DNA of 64,000 nucleotides, from assembly GCA_963703345.1 (NCBI GenBank), contig OY969814.1, forward strand, positions 1 through 64,000, written 5' to 3'. This stretch comes from an uncultured Chloroflexia bacterium (GTDB taxonomy: Bacteria; Chloroflexota; Dehalococcoidia; DSTF01; JALHUB01). The notes under the pieces are model-generated. The model did not search any database, was not told the DNA's origin, and saw only the letters and a list, made by a program, of their open reading frames with translations. Shown here one piece after another: positions 49,276-58,872 of this stretch (position 1 is its first letter; the number at the start of each line of letters is the position of its first letter). The translations under genes and the position numbers were made by a program.

Positions 49276-50976
49276 ATGCGCCTGACTCATCTCTTCGGCA
49301 AGACGCTGCGTCAAGCCCCCGCCGAGGCCGAGACGCCCAACCACCAGCTACTCCTCCGCGCCCGACTCATCAGCCAGCTCACAGCCGGCGTCTACAGCTA
49401 CCTGCCGCTCGGCTGGCGCGCCCTCCTCAAGCTACGCCAGATCATCCGCGAGGAGATGGACGCCGCCGGAGGCCAGGAGGTCTGGCTGCCCGCCCTCCAG
49501 CCGGTCGAGATGTGGGAGGCGTCGGGACGGCGCAAGGCGTTCGGCGAGACGCTCTTCGTCCTCAAGGACCGACGCGACCGGGAGCTGGCGCTCGGCCCGA
49601 CGCACGAGGAGGTCATCGTCGACCTGTTCAAGCGCCTCGTGCAGAGCTACCGCGAGCTGCCCGTCCTCGTCTACCAGATGCAGACGAAGTTCCGCGACGA
49701 GCCGCGCCCCCGCGGCGGCCTCATGCGCACCCGCGAGTTCACGATGATGGACCTATACAGCTTCGACGCCGACGACGCCGGCCTCGACGCCAGCTACGAC
49801 AAGATGCTCATCGCCTACAAGAACAGCTTCGACCGCTGCGGAGTGCCCAGCATCGCCGTCCTGGCGGACTCCGGGCCCATCGGCGGTCGCGACAGCCAGG
49901 AGTTCATGCACCTGACGGACGTCGGCGAGGACCAGGTGCTCATCTGCCCCAACGGCGACTACGCGGCGAACACCGAGAAGGCGGCGTTCCGCAAACAGGC
50001 CAGCGACGGCCAGGAGCCCCTGCCGGTCGAAGAGGTGGCCACGCCCGGCCAGAAGACCATCGACGACCTCGTCGCTTTTCTCGGCGTTCCGGCCCGGCAG
50101 ACGCTGAAGGCCGTCTTCTACGCCTGCGACGGCGCGCCCGTCTTCGTCGCCATCCGCGGCGACCTGGAGGTGAACGAGATCAAGCTGCGCAACGCCCTCG
50201 GCGGCGGCGACCTGCGGCTCATGGACGACCGCGAAGTCGAGGCGGCGGGCCTGGTGGCGGGCGCGGCGTCGCCCTCCGGTCTACGGGGCGTGCGCGTGGT
50301 CGCCGACGACTCCGTGCTCGACTCCCCGAACCTGGTCGGCGGCGGCAACAGCCCCGACGTCCACCTCCGCAACCTGAACTACGGCCGCGACTGGCAGGCG
50401 GAGATCGTCGCCGACATCGCCCTCGCCCGCGAAGGCGACGCTTGTCCCGAGTGCGGGACGCCGCTACAGATGCGTCGCGCCATCGAGCTCGGCCACGTCT
50501 TCAAGCTCGGCACGATCTACAGCGACAAGCTCGGCGCCACCTACCTCGACGCCGAGGGGAAGGCGCGGCCCGTCGTCATGGGCTGCTACGGCATCGGCGT
50601 GGAGCGGCTGCTGGCCACCGTCATCGAAGCCAACCACGACGAGAAGGGCATCATCTGGCCTGCCAGCGTCGCGCCCTACCAGGCGCACCTCGTCGCGCTC
50701 AACATCGACAACGCGGCGGTGCGTGAGGCGGCCGAGAAGCTGTACGCCGACCTCCAGGCCGCCGGCGTCGACGTGCTCTACGACGACCGCGAGGAGTCGC
50801 CGGGCGTGAAGTTCAACGACGCCGACCTGCTGGGGATGCCGCTGCGGGTGACGGTCAGCCAGCGCACGCTGGAGAAGCAGAGCGTGGAGCTGAAGCTGCG
50901 TCGGGAGAAGGAATCGACGCTGGCGCCGCTGGCGGAGGCCGTGGCCGCCATCACGGCGTCGGCAAAGGCGAGCTAG
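49276..50976 (+). CDS. proS: Proline--tRNA ligase (with editing insertion)
   Basis: LGPTHEE, Q...KFRDE.RPR.GL.R.REF.M.D.YSF, IE.GH.FKLG, MGCYGIG. Confidence 0.98.
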   Translation: MRLTHLFGKTLRQAPAEAETPNHQLLLRARLISQLTAGVYSYLPLGWRALLKLRQIIREEMDAAGGQEVWLPALQPVEMWEASGRRKAFGETLFVLKDRRDRELALGPTHEEVIVDLFKRLVQSYRELPVLVYQMQTKFRDEPRPRGGLMRTREFTMMDLYSFDADDAGLDASYDKMLIAYKNSFDRCGVPSIAVLADSGPIGGRDSQEFMHLTDVGEDQVLICPNGDYAANTEKAAFRKQASDGQEPLPVEEVATPGQKTIDDLVAFLGVPARQTLKAVFYACDGAPVFVAIRGDLEVNEIKLRNALGGGDLRLMDDREVEAAGLVAGAASPSGLRGVRVVADDSVLDSPNLVGGGNSPDVHLRNLNYGRDWQAEIVADIALAREGDACPECGTPLQMRRAIELGHVFKLGTIYSDKLGATYLDAEGKARPVVMGCYGIGVERLLATVIEANHDEKGIIWPASVAPYQAHLVALNIDNAAVREAAEKLYADLQAAGVDVLYDDREESPGVKFNDADLLGMPLRVTVSQRTLEKQSVELKLRREKESTLAPLAEAVAAITASAKAS

Positions 50977-50996
50977 CCGGCCCGGGCAAGAGAGCA

Positions 50997-51251
50997 ATGG
51001 ACTGGGCGCCGGTAGCCACAGCACGCGACGAGATGACCGCGGGCATGTGGGTCGAGCTGCTGCGTAACAACGGCATCCAGGCGTTCACAAGCAGAGGCGA
51101 CGCGCTCGCTTCCAGGCTGGTGCCGTTTGCGCCGACGGCCGTCATGGTGCCCGCCTCGCACCTCGACGAGGCAAAACGCGTCCTGGGCCCTGTTGGCCCG
51201 CAAAAGCGACGTCGCGCCCCTAGAAAGTTCTTCCGAAAAGACGACACCTAG
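50997..51251 (+). CDS. DUF2007-like small protein
   Basis: W..V.TA.DE..A.....LL...GI, V.VP......A...L. Confidence 0.7.
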   Translation: MDWAPVATARDEMTAGMWVELLRNNGIQAFTSRGDALASRLVPFAPTAVMVPASHLDEAKRVLGPVGPQKRRRAPRKFFRKDDT

Positions 51252-51394
51252 CTTTTCTACTTTCGCGCGGTGGCGATGGCGGCGGCTTGGAAGGGCCACG
51301 CTGACGTGTCTCCTGACGCTCTGAGCGCCGCCGCGTCGATCCTAACGAGGCTCCAGTCAGGTGGCAGCGTCAGGACGCGTCTGCACGAGCGCCC

Positions 51395-52123
51395 TCACCG
51401 CGTCGTTTGGTCCTTCTTCGCGACGGCGATGATGGCGACCCGCAACGGCGCCAGCATCCCGACTCGGTTCACCAGCCGCTCGTACCCCACCCCCAGCGCA
51501 TACGACAGCGGATGGAACGCCAGATACTCCGGCTCCGTCTCGAAGCGGTCGAGCCGCTCCAGCGTTAGCCCCGCGCCCTCCAGCAGTCGACGCAGCCTGC
51601 CCGCCGTGTTCGCGCGGTACAGCGTCGGGAAGACGTCGCGCTCCTCTACGCCGCGACGCCGGTTAATCGACAGGTGCAGTCGCTGCGGCAGCAGGCCGGC
51701 AGCAAGCGGCACGTAGTGGAAGCGATTCGGCGTCAGCAGCAGAAAGCGCCCGCCCGGCTTGAGAACGCGCGCCACCTCCGCCAGCGCCCGCTCCGGCCGC
51801 GGCAGATGCTCCATCACATGGCTGGCGAGCACCGCGTCGAATGAGGCGGCAGCGAAAGGTAGGCGCTCCAGGTCGCCGCGCACCCGCTCGTCGACGTTCG
51901 GGTTGTCGCGCAGCTCCTCGCCGATATCGACGCCGACGACGCGGCAGCCCGACGCCAGCTCGTAGCGGAAGACGCGACCGCTGCCACAGCCGGCATCGAG
52001 CACCACGGCGCCGGCCGGAATGCACACGCGCAGCGCGTCTTCAAAGCGCTGGTACATGCCGCGAAACTCCGGCGGATAGAACCGCTCGCGCAGCTCTTCC
52101 TTTCGCCAGCCAAATCCAAACAC
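51395..52123 (-). CDS. Class I SAM-dependent methyltransferase
   Basis: VLDAGCGSG, GVDI, LPF...SFD, VMEHL..P, RVLKPGG. Confidence 0.88.
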   Translation of the reverse strand: MFGFGWRKEELRERFYPPEFRGMYQRFEDALRVCIPAGAVVLDAGCGSGRVFRYELASGCRVVGVDIGEELRDNPNVDERVRGDLERLPFAAASFDAVLASHVMEHLPRPERALAEVARVLKPGGRFLLLTPNRFHYVPLAAGLLPQRLHLSINRRRGVEERDVFPTLYRANTAGRLRRLLEGAGLTLERLDRFETEPEYLAFHPLSYALGVGYERLVNRVGMLAPLRVAIIAVAKKDQTTR

Positions 52124-52218
52124 CGTCCATCTCCTCGATCCGGCTTCAACGCCAAGCCGGCCGCGCCCATTCTACCCGACCAGTGGCGCGCGAGGCGACC
52201 TCGCGAGTTCACGCGCCC

Positions 52219-52247
52219 TTGCAATCGCATCCTCGCCGTGCTATATT
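52219..52247 (+). promoter_or_regulatory. nusA operon promoter TTGCAA-N17-TATATT (extended -10)
   Basis: Optimal spacing with TG at -14/-15. Confidence 0.6.
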
Positions 52248-52274
52248 TGAGGGCGAGTTAGGGAACTCTTCGGG

Positions 52275-52296
52275 AGTGGGTTCAGCCCACTTTTTT
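52275..52296 (+). terminator. Leader terminator/attenuator AGTGGG-TTCAG-CCCACT-TTTTT upstream of nusA
   Basis: Hairpin plus U-tract between promoter and nusA; NusA autoregulation through leader terminators is established. Confidence 0.75.
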
Positions 52297-52337
52297 GTTG
52301 GCCGGACATTAGTTCGGCTAAGGGGTTGTAAGGAAGA

Positions 52338-53828
52338 ATGAAAAGCGATTTTCTTATGGCGATAACGCAGCTCGCCGCCGAAAAGAACCTGCCGAAAGAG
52401 ATGGTTCTGGAAGCGGTGGAGGCTGCCCTTGCTTCCGCCTATAAGAAAGACACCCTCGCCACCAGCAACGTCGTCGTCCGCATCGACCGCGAGACCGGCG
52501 TGGTGCGTGTCTACACGCGCAAGACGGTCGTCGAAGAGGTCGCCGACGCGCGCATCGAGATGACGCCGCAGGAGGCGCGCAGCCTCAAGCCGGACGCCGT
52601 TCTCGGCGACACGGTGGACATCGAGACCGCCGCCCACGACGGCGGACGCATCGCGGCGCAAACGGCGAAGCAAGTCGTTCTCCAGCGACTGCGCGAGGCT
52701 GAGCGCGAGGTCGTCTATGAAGAGTACTCGGGCAAAGAGGGCGACATCGTCTCCGGCATGGTGCAGCGCTTCGAGGGCAAGAACGTCATCATCGACCTGG
52801 GCAAAGCGGAGGCTGTGCTGCCGCCGTCGGAGCAGGTAAAAACGGAGCACTACCGGCCGGGCCAGCGCCTGAAGCTGTACCTGCTGGAGGTCATCAAGTC
52901 CGCCAAGGGACCGCAGGTGACGCTCTCGCGCACTCATAGAAATCTGCTCCGTCGCCTTTTCGAGCTGGAGGTGCCGGAGATATTCAAGGGCACCGTCGAA
53001 CTGCGGTCCATCGCCCGCGAACCGGGCCATCGCAGCAAGGTCGCGGTCTATTCATCGCAGGAAGGCATCGACCCGGTCGGCGCCTGCGTGGGGCTGCGCG
53101 GCATCCGCATTCAAAACATCGTCAACGAGCTCGGCGGCGAGCGCATCGACGTCGTCCAGTGGGACTCCGACGCCGGACGTTTCGTCGCCAACGCTCTCAG
53201 CCCGGCGCAAGTGCTCGGCGTCAGCGTCGACGCGGGGGAGAACACGGCCTCCGTCGTCGTCCCAGACCGCCAACTCTCCCTGGCCATCGGCAAGGAAGGG
53301 CAGAACGCCCGCCTGGCCGCCAAGCTCACCGGCTGGCGCATCGACATCCGCAGCGAAACGATTGCTCAGCAGGAGCGGGCCGCCGGCGTCGTGGCGGAAG
53401 CGGAGAAAGTCATCGAAGAGAAGCCCGCGCCGAAGGCCGCGTCCAAGTCCAGGGCAAAGGCCAAGGCCCCGCCGGAGGCCGTCGTGGAGAAAGAGACGGT
53501 CTTGCCGCCGGAGGAAGAGGCTGCGCTCGCCTTCGTCGAGGAGGAAGAAGAGGCGCCAGCAGAAGAGGTGACAGCTCAGGCGCCGGAGCCGGCCGTGGCA
53601 ACCGCGCCCGTTGCAGGTGAGCCGCGAAAGCCCAGCATTCGCTTCGCCGAGGAGATACTACCGTCCGCCGTCGTGGAGACGCCGGTCAAGGGCAAGAAGG
53701 CCAAGGCCGGCAAGGGAGCCCGCGTCGCCAAGGAAGAGGTCGATCTGGAGGCGCCGGCGAAGGCCAAGAAGGGAAAGAAGGCGCGACGCCCCGTCATCGA
53801 GGAAGAGGAAGAAGACCTCGATTACTAA
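52338..53828 (+). CDS. nusA: Transcription termination factor NusA with low-complexity tail
   Basis: [65 protein letters not shown]. Confidence 0.98.
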   Translation: MKSDFLMAITQLAAEKNLPKEMVLEAVEAALASAYKKDTLATSNVVVRIDRETGVVRVYTRKTVVEEVADARIEMTPQEARSLKPDAVLGDTVDIETAAHDGGRIAAQTAKQVVLQRLREAEREVVYEEYSGKEGDIVSGMVQRFEGKNVIIDLGKAEAVLPPSEQVKTEHYRPGQRLKLYLLEVIKSAKGPQVTLSRTHRNLLRRLFELEVPEIFKGTVELRSIAREPGHRSKVAVYSSQEGIDPVGACVGLRGIRIQNIVNELGGERIDVVQWDSDAGRFVANALSPAQVLGVSVDAGENTASVVVPDRQLSLAIGKEGQNARLAAKLTGWRIDIRSETIAQQERAAGVVAEAEKVIEEKPAPKAASKSRAKAKAPPEAVVEKETVLPPEEEAALAFVEEEEEAPAEEVTAQAPEPAVATAPVAGEPRKPSIRFAEEILPSAVVETPVKGKKAKAGKGARVAKEEVDLEAPAKAKKGKKARRPVIEEEEEDLDY

Positions 53829-53848
53829 TGCAGGGCGCGCGGGACATT

Positions 53849-54142
53849 ATGGCCGAAAGCGTTCAGATCAGGCCCAAGCACGTGCCCCTGCGCACCTGCG
53901 TCGCCTGCAGGACGACGGGCGCCAAGCGTGGCCTCATACGGATCGTGAGGACGCCGGAAGGCGGCGTCGAAGTGGACGCGACAGGCAAGGCCGCTGGACG
54001 CGGCGCCTACCTTTGCCGGCGACGCCACTGCTGGCAGGAGGCGCTGAAGCGAGAGGGCCTCGCGCGCGCCCTTCGCGTCAAGCTGGGCGATATCGATAGA
54101 GATAAGCTCCAGGCTTTCGCCGAAGAGTTGACGGAGGACTAG
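53849..54142 (+). CDS. ylxR: YlxR-family RNA-binding protein
   Basis: P.RTCV.CR....K..L.RIV, GRGAY.C....C. Confidence 0.93.
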   Translation: MAESVQIRPKHVPLRTCVACRTTGAKRGLIRIVRTPEGGVEVDATGKAAGRGAYLCRRRHCWQEALKREGLARALRVKLGDIDRDKLQAFAEELTED

Positions 54143-54146
54143 TAAC

Positions 54147-56027
54147 ATCGTTAGACCAAGACAGCAAAGGCGACCCGCACGGCCGCGAAGGCCGCAAAAC
54201 CGCGACGCCAGCAGCGCCAGAGCAGCGCCTGCGCCGCGGGTCGTTGCCGCGCCAGAAAGCGGCCAGACAGTCAAAATACCAACGACCCTCACGGTCAAGG
54301 AGCTCAGCGAACTGCTGGGGCTGTCGCCGGTTGAGGTCATCAAGGAGCTCATTAAGAGCGGCGTGATGGCCAGCATCAACCAGGTGATCGACTACGACAC
54401 CGCGGCCATCGTTGCGCACGATCTCGACTACGAGCCGGAGCCAGTCGTCACCGCGTCCGTCGCGGCGGTTGCGCCGCAGATCGTGGAGGGCGCCGCGCCG
54501 GCGGAAGAAGAGGCGGAGGAAAATCTTCAGCCCCGACCGCCGGTCGTCACCTTCATGGGCCACGTCGACCACGGCAAGACCAGCCTGCTCGACGTCATTC
54601 GCGAAAGCGACGTTGCGGGCGGCGAGGCCGGCGGCATGACTCAGCACATCGGCGCCTACCAGGTGAAGGTGAACGAGCAGCGCATAACGTTCCTCGACAC
54701 GCCGGGCCACGAAGCGTTCACCGCCATGCGGGCGCGCGGCGGCAAAGTCGCCGACATCGCCGTCCTCGTCGTGGCGGCCGACGACGGCGTCATGCCTCAG
54801 ACCATCGAAGCGATCGACCACGCCAGGGCGGCCGGGGTCCCCATCGTGGTCGCCCTGAACAAGATCGATGTCGCGCAGGCCAACCAGGACCGCGTCAAGC
54901 AACAGCTCGCGGAGCACACCCTCGTTCTGGAAGAGTGGGGCGGCGACGTCATCTGCGTTCCCGTCTCAGCGAAGACGAAGGAGGGCATCGACAACCTCCT
55001 CGCCAACATCCTCGTCGTAGCCGAGGTCGCGGACCTGAAGGCGAACCCCGACCGAGCGGCGCGCGGCGTCGTCGTCGAAGCGGGAATGGACACGACCCGC
55101 GGCCCGATGGCGACGGTGTTGGTGCAGAAAGGCACGCTTCACCAGGGCGACATGGCGGTCGTCGGCGAGACGCTTGGCAGGGTGAAGGCCATGTTCAACG
55201 AACACGGGCGTCGCATCAAGTCGGCAGGACCGTCATCTCCCGCCAAAGTCCTCGGCCTCAGTGCCGTTCCCGGCGCCGGCGAGCCATTAGTCGTCGTGCC
55301 TGACGAGAAGACCGCGCGGACTATCGTGACGGAGAGGCAACGACGGCGAGAGGCCGCAGCTTTCCGCGAGCGCCACACCCTCAGCCTCGATACCCTTTTC
55401 GGCGAGATCAGCGCCGGCAAGGTGAAAGAGCTGAACATCATCCTCAAGACGGACGTGCAGGGCAGCGTGGAACCGATCCGGACGTCGCTGGAGCGCCTGA
55501 GCACCGAAGAGGTACACGTCAAGGTAATCCACTCCGGCTCCGGCAGCATCACCGAGTCGGACATTATGCTGGCGCTGGCCTCGAAGGGGATCATCATCGG
55601 CTTCAACACGCGGCCGGAGCCCGGCGCTCTTCGCCAGGCCGAAATCGAGGGCGTCGAGATCAACCATTACAACGTCATCTACGAGGTCGTGGACGACGTG
55701 GAGAAGGCGCTCAAGGGGATGCATGAGCCCGTCTTCAAAGACGTGATCGACGGCCACATCGAGGTCCGACAGGTCTTCAAGGTTAGCCGCCAGGGCAACA
55801 TAGCCGGTTGTTTCGTCCGCGACGGCACGGTGACCCGCAACTCGCTCGTCAGGGTCACCCGCGGCGACGAAGTCATCGCGGAAACCACTATCTCCAGCCT
55901 GCGACGCTTCAAGGACGATGTCCGCGAGGTGCAGGCCGGATATGAGTGCGGCATCACGCTCGCCGGCTTCGATGCCTTCCAGGAAGGCGACGTTCTGGAG
56001 TTCTACCACCGCGAGCGCGCCAACTAG
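54147..56027 (+). CDS. infB: Translation initiation factor IF-2 (probable ATC start)
   Basis: IF2_[71 protein letters not shown]. Confidence 0.96.
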   Translation: MVRPRQQRRPARPRRPQNRDASSARAAPAPRVVAAPESGQTVKIPTTLTVKELSELLGLSPVEVIKELIKSGVMASINQVIDYDTAAIVAHDLDYEPEPVVTASVAAVAPQIVEGAAPAEEEAEENLQPRPPVVTFMGHVDHGKTSLLDVIRESDVAGGEAGGMTQHIGAYQVKVNEQRITFLDTPGHEAFTAMRARGGKVADIAVLVVAADDGVMPQTIEAIDHARAAGVPIVVALNKIDVAQANQDRVKQQLAEHTLVLEEWGGDVICVPVSAKTKEGIDNLLANILVVAEVADLKANPDRAARGVVVEAGMDTTRGPMATVLVQKGTLHQGDMAVVGETLGRVKAMFNEHGRRIKSAGPSSPAKVLGLSAVPGAGEPLVVVPDEKTARTIVTERQRRREAAAFRERHTLSLDTLFGEISAGKVKELNIILKTDVQGSVEPIRTSLERLSTEEVHVKVIHSGSGSITESDIMLALASKGIIIGFNTRPEPGALRQAEIEGVEINHYNVIYEVVDDVEKALKGMHEPVFKDVIDGHIEVRQVFKVSRQGNIAGCFVRDGTVTRNSLVRVTRGDEVIAETTISSLRRFKDDVREVQAGYECGITLAGFDAFQEGDVLEFYHRERAN

Positions 56028-56081
56028 CGGCCTCGTTGCCGGGCAGATCCCGCCATAAGCCTTTCCCTCGGAGAACGCCCG

Positions 56082-56444
56082 ATGACCAGCAGACGTATCG
56101 CCCGCCTCAACGATGCCTTCCGCGAAGAGATCAGCGATCTCCTGCTACGCCAGGTGAAGGACCCGCGGCTCACCGGCTTCATAACAATCACCCGCGTCGA
56201 GATCTCCGGCGACCTCAGCCACGCCAAAGTCTTCGTGAGCGTGATGGGCAGTGAGGAGGATAAGGATGAGGCGCTGCGCGGCCTGGTAGCCGCCTCGTCG
56301 TTCCTGCGGCGCGAGATCGGCCACCGCCTTTCCCTGCGGCGCGCGCCCGAGCTCAGCTTTCGCCGCGATGAGTCGATGGAGCAGGGCGCCCACGTGCTGG
56401 ACCTGCTGGACGAGGTCGCGGACCAGGAGAAACCCTCTTCTTGA
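56082..56444 (+). CDS. rbfA: Ribosome-binding factor A
   Basis: KDPRL...TIT.V..S.DL..AKV.VS, LRR.PEL.F..D.S. Confidence 0.96.
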   Translation: MTSRRIARLNDAFREEISDLLLRQVKDPRLTGFITITRVEISGDLSHAKVFVSVMGSEEDKDEALRGLVAASSFLRREIGHRLSLRRAPELSFRRDESMEQGAHVLDLLDEVADQEKPSS

Positions 56445-57361
56445 CCTTGGACGGCTTTCTGAATATCAACAAGTCCCCCGGCTGGACCTCCTTCGACATC
56501 GTCGCCTTCGTGCGGCGGGAGAGCGGCGTCCGTCGCGTTGGCCACGGCGGCACGCTCGACCCCTCGGCTGAAGGCGTGCTCGTGGTCGCGCTCGGGCAGG
56601 CGACCCGCTTCCTCGAATACCTTCTCGATGCGCGGAAGCGCTATCGGGCGCAGGTGCGCCTTGGCGCGGTCACCGACACATACGACGGCGAAGGGACGGT
56701 CGTTCGCACCGCTGATCCGTCCTCAGTCACGAGGGAGATGGTCGACAGCGCTCTCCCGGCGTTCCGGGGCGCCATCAGCCAGACGCCGCCGATGTTCAGC
56801 GCCCTCAAGCGCGACGGCGTCCCGCTCTACAAGCACGCGCGCGCCCAGCGAGAGGTGGAGCGGGAGGCGCGGACGGTCCAGGTCTACCGGCTGGAGCTCG
56901 TCGACTTCGCGCCGCCGTCGTTCACCGTCGAAATCGAGTGCGGGCGCGGCTTCTACGTCCGCAGCCTTGCCCACGACCTGGGCGAGCGGCTCGGTTGCGG
57001 CGCCCACCTGGAGAGGCTCACCAGAACGGCGGTCGGTCTCTTTGACCGCGAGTCGTCGGTGGGAACGGAGGCGCTGCGCGAAGCCTTTCGCGACGGCTCC
57101 TGGCAGCGGCTGCTCCTGCCGCTCGACAGCGTCCTCCTTCACTGCTACGCCGCAATCCTGGGCGAACGGAACGAAAGCGAGCTGCGTTTCGGCCGCGCCC
57201 TCAGCCTGACGCCGGCGGATGAAGGGCGAATTCGCTCCCTGCCGGCCGCCGCTCCCTGCCGCGCCTACAGCATCGATGGACGGCTCCTCGGCCTCCTGAC
57301 CTACGGCGAAGACGCGATCTGGCAACCGAAAAAGGTCCTTTCGACGCCGCAAGAGGCTTGA
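56441..57361 (+). CDS. truB: tRNA pseudouridine(55) synthase
   Basis: K..G.TS.D.V, VGH.GTLDP.A.GVL, Q.PP.FSA.K..G..LY, G.YVRSL..DLG. Confidence 0.97.
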   Translation: MTLDGFLNINKSPGWTSFDIVAFVRRESGVRRVGHGGTLDPSAEGVLVVALGQATRFLEYLLDARKRYRAQVRLGAVTDTYDGEGTVVRTADPSSVTREMVDSALPAFRGAISQTPPMFSALKRDGVPLYKHARAQREVEREARTVQVYRLELVDFAPPSFTVEIECGRGFYVRSLAHDLGERLGCGAHLERLTRTAVGLFDRESSVGTEALREAFRDGSWQRLLLPLDSVLLHCYAAILGERNESELRFGRALSLTPADEGRIRSLPAAAPCRAYSIDGRLLGLLTYGEDAIWQPKKVLSTPQEA

Positions 57362-57396
57362 AACGGCCGTTTTCGGCCAAATCTACGCCGAATCTC

Positions 57397-57424
57397 TTGA
57401 CATGGAGCCCGAAATGATTATGAT
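57397..57424 (+). promoter_or_regulatory. sigma70-like promoter TTGACA-N16-TATGAT
   Basis: Near-consensus hexamers about 120 bp upstream of the small ORF. Confidence 0.6.
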
Positions 57425-57545
57425 TCAATGCAACGTATGGAAGCGCCGTCGCCTAACCGGCGGCGACATCGGCGTGGAGGGCGCGTAGAGGCGTGCCCCA
57501 CGACTTGTCCGATGAAGGAGCTCTAAGGAAAGGGGTGAAATCAAA

Positions 57546-57686
57546 ATGCAGGCTTACTGCCTAAAGTGCCGAACCGCCAGGGAGATGAAGAACGCCGAAA
57601 AGGTGACGATGAAGAACGGCAAGCCCGCCACCAAGGGCGTTTGCCCGGTCTGCGGCACCAAGATGTACAAGATCGGGAAGGCCTAG
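57546..57686 (+). CDS. 46-aa basic zinc-ribbon protein (DUF5679-like), absent from the ORF track
   Basis: MQAYCLKCRTAREMKNAEKVTMKNGKPATKGVCPVCGTKMYKIGKA; AAAGGGGTGA SD. Confidence 0.88.
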   Translation: MQAYCLKCRTAREMKNAEKVTMKNGKPATKGVCPVCGTKMYKIGKA

Positions 57687-57741
57687 CCGGACCGACGCGT
57701 CCCCACGCAAGCCTGACAATCCGGCATCTCATTTGAGTTAG

Positions 57742-57774
57742 AAGGATGGCGGCTTTTGCTGTCATCTTTCTTTT
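57742..57774 (+). terminator. Intrinsic terminator after the small zinc-ribbon gene
   Basis: GATGGCGGC-TTTT-GCTGTCATC followed by TTTCTTTT. Confidence 0.65.
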
Positions 57775-57940
57775 CTTCGGAGAACTGGTTTGCCTTTGAT
57801 TTGACCCAGCCGATATTTGGCGCTTCGAAAAGTGTTGACAAACGGACTGTAATGGACGAGTATGTGTGTGCCGGCCGGTAGGAGCCAAGGTCACTTGGCC
57901 ACCGCCGGGCTTCCGGCGCGCAATCATTGATGACCTCTCC

Positions 57941-58846
57941 TCACCGAGAGGTCATCTTCTTCGCCTCTAGCTTGAGGAGCCAATCGAAACAATGCGGGTC
58001 AAGATGGCAAAGAGCCTTTAGGTGATAGAAGAGAAGTGATCGTGCGTCGTCCCTCGTAGCCTGAGCGTTCTTGCGATTCTGATCGAAGACCCACCTATGC
58101 GCCAGGCTATTCCGGCATTGCCTCGATTTCCGCTTCCATTCGCTCCAGAATGGGGCGTCGTTGAGGCAGGGCAAGCCTAACGGGTGGGCAAAGCCATGTT
58201 CGAGACGGTTCTCGAGGGGCATGCGGACGTGTATCAACTGAACCACGTTTTCTGGCATTCCTCGGCTCGTCAGAATGGGATCGGCAATCGAACTGTAGAA
58301 CGTTTCGAATGCAACGTTGCCGAGTAGCGCCGCCACGTTGTACCGGCCTTCTTCGAAGGCGGCGAATGCTTCTGCCAGCACCTGCCTCCAGCCCGGGAGT
58401 TTGCCAAGATCGGCTGCTCCCACCACTTGGAATTGCAGAGAACCAGTCGAAGGCGGCTGGCCTGCAAAGGGTGGGCGGAACGCGAACACCCGATCGTCGT
58501 GCGCGAAAACTTGAAACAATGTCCCGCGTCCCTTGCTCCAGTGCGATGGCTCACGCCATGACACTTTCGAAGCGTGGAGGTGTTTCGGAAGCTGACGTGT
58601 AGCACCACCCACTTTGATGAGATCGCCTATGGGGATTTCCCCGTCAAAAGCAACGTCAGCGGACATCAAGGCACTTCCGAATGGACTTCGCTCTATTACC
58701 CAGTGGAGGAAACCATCTTCTCTTCTGAACCGGTGCCCATTCGCACATTCAACCGGGTGCTTTGCCTTGAGTTTCGTCCTATCGTCAGGGGAGAGATCTC
58801 GCGTTGTGCCGCAGGTGGGGCAGGACAAACCTAGCCAAACAGTCAT
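57941..58846 (-). CDS. Hypothetical protein with N-terminal Zn finger and C-terminal HEPN-like RxxxxH motif
   Basis: CPTC...CANGH; L.EA......G.Y..A.....VAFE helix; RNSLAH. Confidence 0.65.
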   Translation of the reverse strand: MTVWLGLSCPTCGTTRDLSPDDRTKLKAKHPVECANGHRFRREDGFLHWVIERSPFGSALMSADVAFDGEIPIGDLIKVGGATRQLPKHLHASKVSWREPSHWSKGRGTLFQVFAHDDRVFAFRPPFAGQPPSTGSLQFQVVGAADLGKLPGWRQVLAEAFAAFEEGRYNVAALLGNVAFETFYSSIADPILTSRGMPENVVQLIHVRMPLENRLEHGFAHPLGLPCLNDAPFWSEWKRKSRQCRNSLAHRWVFDQNRKNAQATRDDARSLLFYHLKALCHLDPHCFDWLLKLEAKKMTSR

Positions 58847-58872
58847 GGTCCTTGTTTCCTAGCCCGGTCCTG

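Noticed and set aside
48864-50726. 620-aa Arg/Pro-rich ORF and many similar overlapping ORFs
   Set aside because: Shadow frames of real genes (here proS) in GC-rich DNA.
51311-51375. Inverted repeat TCCTGACGCT/AGCGTCAGGA between convergent genes
   Set aside because: Single 10-bp pair with a long loop and no U-tract; too weak to call.
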